DNA from: an uncultured archaeon
Lineage (GTDB): Archaea; Asgardarchaeota; Heimdallarchaeia; Heimdallarchaeales; Kariarchaeaceae
Direction of reading: 5' to 3'
Length of the DNA: 64,000 nucleotides
NCBI GenBank assembly: GCA_964600735.1
Contig: CAZRLL010000003.1
Coordinates: forward strand, 20,544 to 84,543
The translations under genes were made by a program, and so were the position numbers. The number at the start of each line of letters is the position of its first letter. The stretch's first letter is position 1. Positions 9,328-18,699 of this stretch are shown piece after piece. The notes below the pieces were generated by a model, which was not told the origin of the DNA, made no database searches, and saw only the letters and a list, made by a program, of their open reading frames with translations.

Positions 9328-10071
9328 ATGGTTATCGAAATATTAGCAGAAATCATAAAATCTCATCAGAATCCGTGGAAACGCGCTGCTGCTGCCCTAA
9401 AATTGGCAGAGATTGGGGATATACAGGTTCTTGACATTTTAATCGAGTCAATGGAATGTGACCCACATGATTTTGTCAGAAGGGATTGTGCGGAAGCACT
9501 TGGGATTTTAGGACATTTTGAGGCTGTACCGGCATTAATTAAGTGTATGGAGGAAGATAGTTTTAGATACGCTCGAAATGAGGCAATTGAAGCTCTTGGT
9601 AAAATCGGTGATTCCAGAGCTAAGAAACCTCTGTTAAAATCTATGAAAAATGAATCCTGGGATTTTGGACGAGCAAGTGCAGCCCTTGCATTAGCAGAAT
9701 TAAATGCGGAGGAATATTTAGATGATATATTGAAGGCTATTCGCAGCGAGACTGAAAATTATGTACGTCGGGATATGTTAAAGGCGGTACCTAAATTTCA
9801 AAGTACAACATCATCTGACCTAATAATCGATATAGCCCAAAATGACGATGATTGGGAAGTGAGGAAAGTTGCAGTGAATATTATGAGTCAGTTCTCATCA
9901 AAAAAAGCATTAAAGAAATTAGTTACTATTCTGAAAACAGATGAGCATTTATTTGTAAGACAGGAGGCTGAAAAGGCACTTCAAATAATTGCTAAAAATC
10001 ATAGAATTCAGTGGACTTCTGCTGAAGCAATTCTCAGCAAAATTGATAATAATTTCGATATTGATTACTAA
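9328..10071 (+). CDS. HEAT-repeat (PBS-lyase type) protein
   Basis: 247 aa; repeated VR..AaeALG.iGd..AvpaL units visible at least five times. Confidence 0.75.
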   Translation: MVIEILAEIIKSHQNPWKRAAAALKLAEIGDIQVLDILIESMECDPHDFVRRDCAEALGILGHFEAVPALIKCMEEDSFRYARNEAIEALGKIGDSRAKKPLLKSMKNESWDFGRASAALALAELNAEEYLDDILKAIRSETENYVRRDMLKAVPKFQSTTSSDLIIDIAQNDDDWEVRKVAVNIMSQFSSKKALKKLVTILKTDEHLFVRQEAEKALQIIAKNHRIQWTSAEAILSKIDNNFDIDY

Positions 10072-10144
10072 ATTTGACGATTTTTTATAATTCAATGAAA
10101 TGGTTGGCGATATTTTATTTTCTATTTTGTGATCCCCGATATAA

Positions 10145-10456
10145 GTGAATTCAGAAAACAAAGTTGACAAAAACGGCAGTAGAGACTCAATCTCAGAAGA
10201 TGTTAATTCTGATAGCCTTCAAAAAGAAGACACGCTAGATGATATAGTCAAAGATATAGTAATTATCGATAAAAAACCACGGTCAGTGTTAGCGTCTTAC
10301 ATTGTAACCATGGGATTTATTTTTGGACCATTATTATTAATTATTGATTTAATTTTTCCCAAACTGTTTGAATGGTTCAATTTCAATTCTACATATTTTT
10401 TTGGAGCGTTGACGGGATTATTCATTATTTCATCAATTATATCGGCAAGAAATTAA
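10145..10456 (+). CDS. Small membrane protein, unknown function
   Basis: 103 aa, GTG start; acidic N-terminus followed by two hydrophobic segments. Confidence 0.4.
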   Translation: MNSENKVDKNGSRDSISEDVNSDSLQKEDTLDDIVKDIVIIDKKPRSVLASYIVTMGFIFGPLLLIIDLIFPKLFEWFNFNSTYFFGALTGLFIISSIISARN

Positions 10457-10546
10457 TAGTCAATTATTGATAAATGGATATCGATTTTATTCGATGTACA
10501 ATATCAATTCAGTCAAATTTAATAAAGTGATCGAAATAAATCATTT

Positions 10547-10867
10547 ATGGTCAATGATCCAGAAAAAAATAGAATACAAGAAGTTGTCTCCGCGGTCACT
10601 AAAACTGCACTAGCGGATGGAAAAATCACCAGTGAAGAGGCTGATATACTAGAAGCGATTCAAGTCAATGTATTAATCTATGATCAAGCATTAGAAGACT
10701 CTTTGGAAGATGGAATCATAACGGAAGAAGAGAGAGAAATCCTCGTTGGAATAAAGCATCAAATCCTTAACGAGGCTTGGGATGTTGCTTCGATTTCTGA
10801 TGGTGTTAGCGAAGATGAACTAAAGATGCTAGAAATTTTATTAAATAAAGTTGAAGAGGATCATTAG
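10547..10867 (+). CDS. TerB-like small acidic protein (paralog of 38408-38722)
   Basis: 106 aa; two DG-x-IT-x-EE-x-x-IL units (ADGKITSEEADILEAI, EDGIITEEEREILVGI) resembling TerB/DjlA-N type helical repeats. Confidence 0.4.
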   Translation: MVNDPEKNRIQEVVSAVTKTALADGKITSEEADILEAIQVNVLIYDQALEDSLEDGIITEEEREILVGIKHQILNEAWDVASISDGVSEDELKMLEILLNKVEEDH

Positions 10868-10921
10868 TTTGTTATAATTGGAGAAATGTAAAATTATTAC
10901 CAATATTTCAATGAATTTCAG

Positions 10922-12103
10922 ATGACTAATATCTTCCAGCTAACCTATTCTGATGAATTTTTGCGTTATTCACTTGGAGATCAACATCCAATGAACCCCA
11001 GAAGGTTGGGACCTATAATTTCATTAATGAACGATATTTTAAAGGATAAAGATGAATTTATTGTCGTTGGACCAAATCCTGTTAAACCGTCCATTTTAGG
11101 ATTAGCACATTCAAATGAATATATTGCCTTGATGAATGAGTTTTCTAGTTCTTCATTCAACCCAACAACGAAGCAAAAACAAGATGCAATTGTTAAATAT
11201 GGATTAGGAAGTGGTGATTGTCCAATATTTGAAGACATGTCTGAAATATCAGAGATAATAGTTGGTAGTACTGTATCGGCAGCAGAGGAATTATTGAATA
11301 ACAAATTTTCAAAAGCTTTTGTCTTACTTGCAGGTTTACATCATGCATCCCGGGAGCGAGCAAGTGGTTTTTGTTACTATAATGATATCAATGTAACAAT
11401 ACACAGACTAAAGAAAATTGAAAAGGGTATTAAAATACTTTATCTAGATACTGATCTACATGCTGGAGATGGCGTAAACTATGAGTTCTATGACGATCCC
11501 AGTGTCTTAACTATTTCTTTGCACGAATCTGGTAAATTCTTATTTCCTGGAAATTGTTTCTCAGAGGAAATCGGACATGCAAAAGGAGAAGGTTATGCGG
11601 TAAATCTACCTCTAATCCCATATACTTACGATGAATTGTACAAAAAAGCAATAAATGATTACTTACCTCCATTAATGGAAACATTTGATCCTGATTTTGT
11701 CATATGGCAGGCAGGGGTTGATGGGCATGCTGAAGATCCTCTCGGACATTTGCTATTAACAACAAATACATATAGCTATCTTGGTTCAACAGTCAAGGAT
11801 TTAATTGATAATATGAACACAACCCGCTTTCTAATGCTCGGAGGAGGAGGCTACAATCCAGTATCGGTTACAAAATCCTGGTTAAGTGAGATATGTAATG
11901 TTGCTGGAATTCTCCCTATTAAATATGCGCCAGAAACATGGATTGAGCATTGTCGTAAAAATTTGAATGTAAATATGCCAAAAAATCTGGAAGACAGTAA
12001 AATCAACATAAATAAATTAGAACATGCCAAATTAATTGAATCAAACTTTTTGGAGTCATGTGACAATTTTGAAAAAAATTTATCTAAATACTGGGCTTTT
12101 TAA
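10922..12103 (+). CDS. Histone deacetylase-family hydrolase (HDAC/AcuC/acetylpolyamine amidohydrolase)
   Basis: 393 aa; GLHHASRERASGFCYYNDI and metal site LDTDLHAGDG. Confidence 0.85.
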   Translation: MTNIFQLTYSDEFLRYSLGDQHPMNPRRLGPIISLMNDILKDKDEFIVVGPNPVKPSILGLAHSNEYIALMNEFSSSSFNPTTKQKQDAIVKYGLGSGDCPIFEDMSEISEIIVGSTVSAAEELLNNKFSKAFVLLAGLHHASRERASGFCYYNDINVTIHRLKKIEKGIKILYLDTDLHAGDGVNYEFYDDPSVLTISLHESGKFLFPGNCFSEEIGHAKGEGYAVNLPLIPYTYDELYKKAINDYLPPLMETFDPDFVIWQAGVDGHAEDPLGHLLLTTNTYSYLGSTVKDLIDNMNTTRFLMLGGGGYNPVSVTKSWLSEICNVAGILPIKYAPETWIEHCRKNLNVNMPKNLEDSKININKLEHAKLIESNFLESCDNFEKNLSKYWAF

Positions 12104-12234
12104 AGAAAATTATCGCAAACATAGGTTTGTTAATTTCCTCAAGTTTTCTTGTTGAGAATTAATATTTATATTTGATGATCAACTCTTATCAAGCAAATTT
12201 GATACAAAATAATAATTTTTTCCCAAATCATTTA

Positions 12235-12789
12235 TTATTTTTTTTCATTTTCTCTTAGTAGAACATAACTCACAATAACTTCAACAATTTCAAGTGTTTG
12301 TTCTTCACTTAATCGATTGTTGTTAACAACGACATCATAACACATGTCATCCAAAATATCAATGTTATACATTTTTAAAAAACGATCCCTTTCTGACTTT
12401 TCGCGTATTTCAGTTTCACTCCTGGCGTGTTCGAGTGAAATACCATCTCGTTTAGCGATTCTTTCCCATCTTACCTCTGGAGAAGCAGTGATTGAAATTC
12501 TAATTATTGCATCTTTGGGTGTGAAATGAGCAGCTAGCTGGGCATCAACGATTGTATTTTCTATTGCTCCCAGCTCTAGTGTTCTTTGATCAATTTTTTT
12601 ATCTATCCCTGGTTCATAAATTGTAATTTTGGATAATTCTTCAAGTGATAGGTTTCGTTCTTTAGCCAACTCCCTAAAAACGATCCCTGCCGAAACATAA
12701 TTCATATTTAATTTAACTGCAAGACGTTTAGCTATTGTTGACTTACCCGAGCCATGAGGGCCTCCAATAGCCACAATTGATCGAGTCAT
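12235..12789 (-). CDS. cmk: Cytidylate kinase (archaeal type)
   Basis: 184 aa; IAIGGPHGSGKSTIAKRLA; sits next to L34e as in many archaea. Confidence 0.85.
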   Translation of the reverse strand: MTRSIVAIGGPHGSGKSTIAKRLAVKLNMNYVSAGIVFRELAKERNLSLEELSKITIYEPGIDKKIDQRTLELGAIENTIVDAQLAAHFTPKDAIIRISITASPEVRWERIAKRDGISLEHARSETEIREKSERDRFLKMYNIDILDDMCYDVVVNNNRLSEEQTLEIVEVIVSYVLLRENEKK

Positions 12790-12811
12790 GAAAATCCTTT
12801 CGATATTAATT

Positions 12812-13072
12812 TCAGACGCGATTAGCTCGAATCAATTTTAGTCTTAAACATGGTGAGCACAGCTGCCCACCATAAGGGCGAGATGGGCTTCTCTGACTTT
12901 TTGAAAGGCGTCTAATTTCTATTCTGGTTCCTCTTGGCATACCCGGTAGTTTTCGATCACACGTAGCGCAGTGATGATAATTGGGTTTTTTTCGGATTTT
13001 TTTGAGATAAAACCGACCACCAGGAGTTTTGACTAATGTCCTTTTACCTGACCTGATTGATTTTCTAACCAT
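12812..13072 (-). CDS. rpl34e: 50S ribosomal protein L34e
   Basis: 86 aa; RSGKRTLVKTPGGR ... C-x2-C ... C-x2-C and a basic composition. Confidence 0.9.
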   Translation of the reverse strand: MVRKSIRSGKRTLVKTPGGRFYLKKIRKKPNYHHCATCDRKLPGMPRGTRIEIRRLSKSQRSPSRPYGGQLCSPCLRLKLIRANRV

Positions 13073-13234
13073 AATTCATAATAATTTAACCATCAATTAA
13101 AGCCTTAAGTTTTGACACGCGCGATTATCAATATTTGTCTCGATATTCATAATTCACCAGCTTTTACTGTTGCTCAATCAGGTGATAATCTAATTGTAGG
13201 CGATTAAGTATGATTTTGACAGATTAGCAAATGA

Positions 13235-13867
13235 TTAACGTTGTTGTTGCATGGGATTTTGCATCCCGGTAAGATTTATACCAAACAGACGCTGAATTAA
13301 TGTTGAAACGACAACTGCACTTAAAAAATACCAAAAACCGAATCCTGCAACTGAAAGACCGGAATCTTCAAAGTAAGGAGAAAACCATCTGCCAAGCAAA
13401 GGGATACCTGTAGTTTTGAATGGTAAAACAGCAACAACTCCACACTGACCCCTACAGTTACCATTTAAGTCGGTATTCCCAGCTCTTTGAAATGTTCCTC
13501 TTAATGTTTGAAAGATAAAAATAAATGGGCCAATTGTGATAAACGATGGTAACATACGTGATGTCATTGTATCTCGTTGTAATTCGCTAAATCGATCATT
13601 ATTACGTTTGACTGATACCCACAACTTCTTATCAGCAGTTTCCATCGCTTTTTTCTTTCTTCTTTGATGTTCCTGCATTTCTTCCATCTGTTTTGATACT
13701 TTTTCCATGTCAATAAGGGCTCGATTGACAAGCCCAGAAATTGTGCTAACCACCAATGATACAATTAAGAGAATTATTGTTGATTCTGCAGGAACAGTAT
13801 ATCCTGTTCCAATTAGCCCGTCTGAAATACTGTCTGATATTGGATCTAAGAAATCAAAAAAACCCAT
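13235..13867 (-). CDS. DUF106 / EMC3-TMCO1-Get1-like membrane protein (Oxa1-superfamily insertase candidate)
   Basis: 210 aa; TM1, a long charged coiled-coil segment (KQMEEMQEHQRRKKKAMETADKK), then two more hydrophobic segments; located in the conserved archaeal cmk/L34e neighbourhood. Confidence 0.6.
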   Translation of the reverse strand: MGFFDFLDPISDSISDGLIGTGYTVPAESTIILLIVSLVVSTISGLVNRALIDMEKVSKQMEEMQEHQRRKKKAMETADKKLWVSVKRNNDRFSELQRDTMTSRMLPSFITIGPFIFIFQTLRGTFQRAGNTDLNGNCRGQCGVVAVLPFKTTGIPLLGRWFSPYFEDSGLSVAGFGFWYFLSAVVVSTLIQRLFGINLTGMQNPMQQQR

Positions 13868-13946
13868 GGCACATTAGAGAAAAATTCGATATTGATAACA
13901 TTTATTATTTTTACAATCATAAACTCAATTTAAAATAAAATATAAA

Positions 13947-14618
13947 TTATCCGGGTTTTGTAAAAACAAAAAAATTCGCATCGTTGTTCCGACCACCAAG
14001 AATTTCCAAGTTAATTATCTTAAAATTTGATTTATTAAGTAAATAAATCAATTCCTTTCTTGTAAAGTAATGATAAAAACGTGTTCCTAATATATTACCA
14101 TTAGAATCATGCCAAGGTCTATTTACATCTATCAATGGTTGAATTCTCTCTTTCTTTCGTATTGCTGCAATCAACTCATTACGTAATTCATTTCGCCACT
14201 TTCGCCATACACTGAATATTATTCGAGAGTTAATTAATGAAATATTGTAAATATTAAGCATTGCTTTTAATCGCAAATTTTCAGAATTCAAATGGTGTAT
14301 AACAGCAATGACTAAGATGTTATCTGTGCAATTCGTTCTAATAGGTAAATTTGGTAATGAACCTCTGATTCGCTGCGTTTGTACTGGACCTATAAATCCT
14401 TGAAGCAATTTATAAGAAATATCGATACCAACCAGCAAACTAGCTTTTGAGATTAAATTCAAGTTTCTTCCATTTCCTGTACCTACATCAATTAGTATGC
14501 CATTAGGATGCCATTTTATTTGTGTAAGGTATTTTTCAAAATCGACCCATGGAAGTCTCTTTTTCAATAAGTAATCTTCGGCAATTTGCTGGTAATTGTC
14601 GATTAATTCTTTGATCAA
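13947..14618 (-). CDS. Class I SAM-dependent methyltransferase (Trm9-like?)
   Basis: 223 aa; motif I LIDVGTGNGRNL; C-terminal RFYHYFTRKEL resembles Trm9-type proteins (from memory). Confidence 0.65.
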   Translation of the reverse strand: MIKELIDNYQQIAEDYLLKKRLPWVDFEKYLTQIKWHPNGILIDVGTGNGRNLNLISKASLLVGIDISYKLLQGFIGPVQTQRIRGSLPNLPIRTNCTDNILVIAVIHHLNSENLRLKAMLNIYNISLINSRIIFSVWRKWRNELRNELIAAIRKKERIQPLIDVNRPWHDSNGNILGTRFYHYFTRKELIYLLNKSNFKIINLEILGGRNNDANFFVFTKPG

Positions 14619-14897
14619 AAAAACATCTCAAAAAGGGATTTTAACCCAACATAGATAAATATGATGGTTAATTTGCACACCTTATCTTTTTATTGGACGT
14701 AGTTTAACTTTATATACAAATAAAATTGGAAAATATTAATCATATCTCTGAAAAAAATGGAATTAATTATTTTAAGATAGTTATACCTATGGTAAGTATA
14801 AAATTAGATTTTCCTGAAATATAGAAAATATCGGGAATAAATTTTAATTATCAAAATAATTTGTTAATTTCAATTTGACTTTCTCAAAATATTCATT

Positions 14898-17800
14898 ATG
14901 TTAAAAAAAAAATTCGTTATTGTGGACAGTGGTCAGATATTAAATTCGATATCTTCTTTAATAGCAAGTGAAAATACATCACGTTATCATCTCTCAATAT
15001 TTAGTGAAGTAGATCAGATTTATAAGATCGCTTACGAGGCAAAACAAATAGGTTACGATCCAAAAAAAGAAGTTGAGATTTACATCGCACAAGATGTTGC
15101 TACAAGAACAGAAGGTCTTGTGGGACCAAAAGGCATAGCTACTCGTTTAAAAACTTTAGAAGAGACTTTGCCAAAAAACAAGATTGTTCTACAAATTGCA
15201 AGAGAGATTGCACAAGGGAAATTTGTGAGAGGTAGTCCTGAAATACTTGCGGAGCAGGCATTAAGAACAGCCCTTTCTTACCAAACCGAAGGAATAACAG
15301 CTGCACCTATTGAAGGAATTGGAAAAGTCAAAATAAAATCCAATCCAGATAAGACTCAATATTTAGCGATTTATTATTCTGGACCTATTAGATCTGCTGG
15401 GGGAACTGCACAAGGAATTTCTGTAATAATAGCTAATATTATTAGCAAAGAACTTGGTTTGGCACCCTACAAGGCAACCGATAACGAAATTGAACGTATG
15501 CTTGAGGAGGTACGCCTTTATGATCAAATAATGCATTTGCAACTTCCTACAAGTGATGATGAGATTCGATACGCCTGGAAAAACCTCCCGATTATGATTA
15601 CGGGAAACCCAACCGAAAGTGAGGAAGTAGCTGGATATCGAAATATAGAAAGTATGGATTCAAATAGAGTCCGGGGGGGTGCGTGTCTGGTCCTTAATGA
15701 TGGGTTGGTCGGTCGAGCCAAAAAAATTATCAAAAGAATCAAGGAGTTAGAAATTGAAGGATGGGACTGGTTAGGTGAAATTGCAGATGGGAAGTATACT
15801 GATAAAAGGGCCACTGATCCGGCAAATGGTGAAAAACCAACTATTGTCCTCCCTGATTATTCGTATATATCTGACGCTTTAATGGGACGACCAATTTTTG
15901 CTGGACCAACCATGGTAGGTGGTTTTAGATTGCGCTATGGTCATGCACGTAATACAGGCATTGCCGGAATTGGAATTCACCCTGGTGTGATGGGGATTGT
16001 TAATGACTACTTGGCAACTGGAACACATTTGAGAACAGAAAGACCTGGAAAAGGGAGTATTGTTGCACCAGTAGATACTATTGCTCCTCCAATTGTTATT
16101 CTTAACGATGGGGAGATGAAAAGGATTGAATCCTATGAGGAAGGAGTCAAAATATATAAGAAAATCAAAAATATAGTATCTCTGGGAGATATGCTAGTTG
16201 GATTCGGTGAATTCATTCAAAATAATTATCGTTTATGTCCTGCTGGGTTTAACGAGGAATGGTGGTTACTGGAACTTGAGAAATCTGGTTGGACTGGTAG
16301 AAAAGAAAATGAAACTGATTTGGAATTCATTTCAAGATTTTACTACCAATATCCATCAGTCACAGAAGTTATTGAATTATCAAAAAAATGGAACGTTCCA
16401 CTCCACCCGCGCTATACGCCAAGTTGGAAATTCATAACGGTGAGTGAAGTAAACGAGCTTCACAATCAGCTGTGGAGCAAGGATGCTGAAAATTTAGATA
16501 TTAAGATAAAACCAATTTTAGAAAAATTACTAATTCCACACTTTGTCGAAATTGATAGATTGAATATTGGGGAGTTTGCTATTTCTTTAAAGACACAATT
16601 GCCTGAAGATATGGAGATTAATTTGGATGAAAAAAGTTCTCTGACATATGTTCAGAAGAATTCTGATGTTCAAATCCGGGATACTGTAGGAACAACAATT
16701 GGAGCCCGTATGGGCAGACCTGAAAAAGCAAAAGGAAGATTGATGAAACCTCAACTACATGGCTTATTTCCAATTGGTTCTGATAAAAAAATCAACAGAA
16801 ATTTATCTAAAGCTGTTGATATACCCCAAATCAGGATAAGGCTTGGAAATCGATATTGTTCATCTTGCAATATTAACCAATATCATATTTTTTGTAAAGA
16901 ATGTAATAAAATGACCTTTTTGCAGGGTATTTGTTCTAATCCTCAATGCAGATCAAAAATGGACGAGGCACCATGCGATGTTTGTGGTGCAAATGTTTAT
17001 TATACAAAATCATTCAATTTATCAACAAATGAATTGTTAGATGAGAGTTACAACAGACTAGGTTCTATTGGCAGTATGAATGTAAAATTAATGGAGCAGT
17101 TGAAAAATCCGACTGGCACACCTGAATTATTAGACAAAGCGATTTTGCGCGCAAGATACAAACTAAACGTGTTTCGTGATGGAACTGTTAGATATGATGC
17201 GACTGATGCTCCATTAACACATTTTTTTCCAAGAGAAATTGGCACAAGTATCAAGAAATTGAGAGAATTGGGGTATACACAGGATGTATATGGAAACAAT
17301 TTAGATAAATTGGACCAACTAGTAGAATTAAAGGTACAAGATATTATACCTCATAAATCTGCATTTTCTCATTTTAAAAGTGTAAGCAAATTTATTGATG
17401 ATGAATTATCTCTTATTTATGAACTTCCAAAATTTTATAAAATACGATCCATGGAAGACTTAATTGGGCATTTAGTTATTGGATTAGCACCTCATACAAG
17501 TGCAGGAGTCATTGGCAGAATAATCGGTCTGACTGAATCATCTGTCTGTTGGGCTCATCCATTTTGGCATGCTGCAAAAAGACGAAATTGTGATGGTGAT
17601 GAAGATGGATTAATATTACTTTTAGATGGTTTTTTAAACTTTTCAAAAGAATATTTACCAACAACTAGAGGATCTAAAATGGATACACCATTAGTATTAG
17701 TACTAACATTGAATCCAAAAGAAGTTGATGACGAGGCATTTAATCTAGATTGTGTAACAAATTACCCTCTAGAATTATACGAAGCAGCTAATAACTTTGA

Positions 17801-18353
17801 AATGCCTAATATCATTAAAAAAATTATTCATAGAGCCGAAGATCGATTAGGAAAAGTTGATCAATTTGAAGGATTTGTCTTTTCACACCCAACAACTAAC
17901 ATCTCATCTGGACCAGCTATTACACGATACAAAAATCCAGACTTGTCAATTAGGGACAAGCTATATGAACAATTGGACTTAGCAAAGATAATCAAAGCTG
18001 TTGATGTGAACAAAACTGCATTGCTAATATTAGAAAGGCATGTTTTACCTGATTTAATAGGAAATTTAAGAGCGTTTGCATCTCAAAAGGTTAGATGTAT
18101 AACCTGTAATTCTAAGTACCGGCGCGTTCCCTTAAGCGGGAAATGCATAAATGCTGAATGCGATAGAAGCAATCTAGTTCTCACTGTGCCACCAAAAGGA
18201 GTTTCAAAGTACTTCGATATTTGTAAAGATCTGGTGACAAAATATGATTTAGGTAAATATCATGAAAATCGGATTGAAAAAATTAAAATCGCATTGGACA
18301 GCCATTTTCCGGATAAAGGTCCGAGGCAATTAGATCTTAGTGAATGGTTGTAA
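14898..18353 (+). CDS. polC: DNA polymerase II (PolD) large subunit DP2
   Basis: 1151 aa; hallmark catalytic region HPFWHAAKRRNCDGDEDG plus several C-x2-C zinc modules; no intein-sized insertion. Confidence 0.95.
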   Translation: MLKKKFVIVDSGQILNSISSLIASENTSRYHLSIFSEVDQIYKIAYEAKQIGYDPKKEVEIYIAQDVATRTEGLVGPKGIATRLKTLEETLPKNKIVLQIAREIAQGKFVRGSPEILAEQALRTALSYQTEGITAAPIEGIGKVKIKSNPDKTQYLAIYYSGPIRSAGGTAQGISVIIANIISKELGLAPYKATDNEIERMLEEVRLYDQIMHLQLPTSDDEIRYAWKNLPIMITGNPTESEEVAGYRNIESMDSNRVRGGACLVLNDGLVGRAKKIIKRIKELEIEGWDWLGEIADGKYTDKRATDPANGEKPTIVLPDYSYISDALMGRPIFAGPTMVGGFRLRYGHARNTGIAGIGIHPGVMGIVNDYLATGTHLRTERPGKGSIVAPVDTIAPPIVILNDGEMKRIESYEEGVKIYKKIKNIVSLGDMLVGFGEFIQNNYRLCPAGFNEEWWLLELEKSGWTGRKENETDLEFISRFYYQYPSVTEVIELSKKWNVPLHPRYTPSWKFITVSEVNELHNQLWSKDAENLDIKIKPILEKLLIPHFVEIDRLNIGEFAISLKTQLPEDMEINLDEKSSLTYVQKNSDVQIRDTVGTTIGARMGRPEKAKGRLMKPQLHGLFPIGSDKKINRNLSKAVDIPQIRIRLGNRYCSSCNINQYHIFCKECNKMTFLQGICSNPQCRSKMDEAPCDVCGANVYYTKSFNLSTNELLDESYNRLGSIGSMNVKLMEQLKNPTGTPELLDKAILRARYKLNVFRDGTVRYDATDAPLTHFFPREIGTSIKKLRELGYTQDVYGNNLDKLDQLVELKVQDIIPHKSAFSHFKSVSKFIDDELSLIYELPKFYKIRSMEDLIGHLVIGLAPHTSAGVIGRIIGLTESSVCWAHPFWHAAKRRNCDGDEDGLILLLDGFLNFSKEYLPTTRGSKMDTPLVLVLTLNPKEVDDEAFNLDCVTNYPLELYEAANNFEMPNIIKKIIHRAEDRLGKVDQFEGFVFSHPTTNISSGPAITRYKNPDLSIRDKLYEQLDLAKIIKAVDVNKTALLILERHVLPDLIGNLRAFASQKVRCITCNSKYRRVPLSGKCINAECDRSNLVLTVPPKGVSKYFDICKDLVTKYDLGKYHENRIEKIKIALDSHFPDKGPRQLDLSEWL

Positions 18354-18446
18354 TAATATTCAGAATAAAATAAAAATAATTTAAAATGATTTCATTCCTA
18401 GTGTTCAGTCAGTGGTTTATTTAGATAAATTCGAATTAATATTCAA

Positions 18447-18668
18447 ATGAATGAAAATACTATTAATGAACTTTTAACTCATGAAAAAATAAAATTGAAG
18501 AATCAAAGGAAAAAGACTGGTGGAATTTTTGACGAAGCAATGTTACTAGGTGCAAAAGGATTGATTCTAATTATTATTATTACAGGATTTGCAATTACTG
18601 TGCTTTCAGTAATAAGTAAATTTTCTGGTTTGATGGAAATTATCACCCAAGAGCTACCTGATTATTAA
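18447..18668 (+). CDS. Small single-pass membrane protein
   Basis: 73 aa; one clear TM (LILIIIITGFAITVLSVI). Confidence 0.35.
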   Translation: MNENTINELLTHEKIKLKNQRKKTGGIFDEAMLLGAKGLILIIIITGFAITVLSVISKFSGLMEIITQELPDY

Positions 18669-18699
18669 TTTTGCATTAGTAAATCAATTTTAATTCTAT

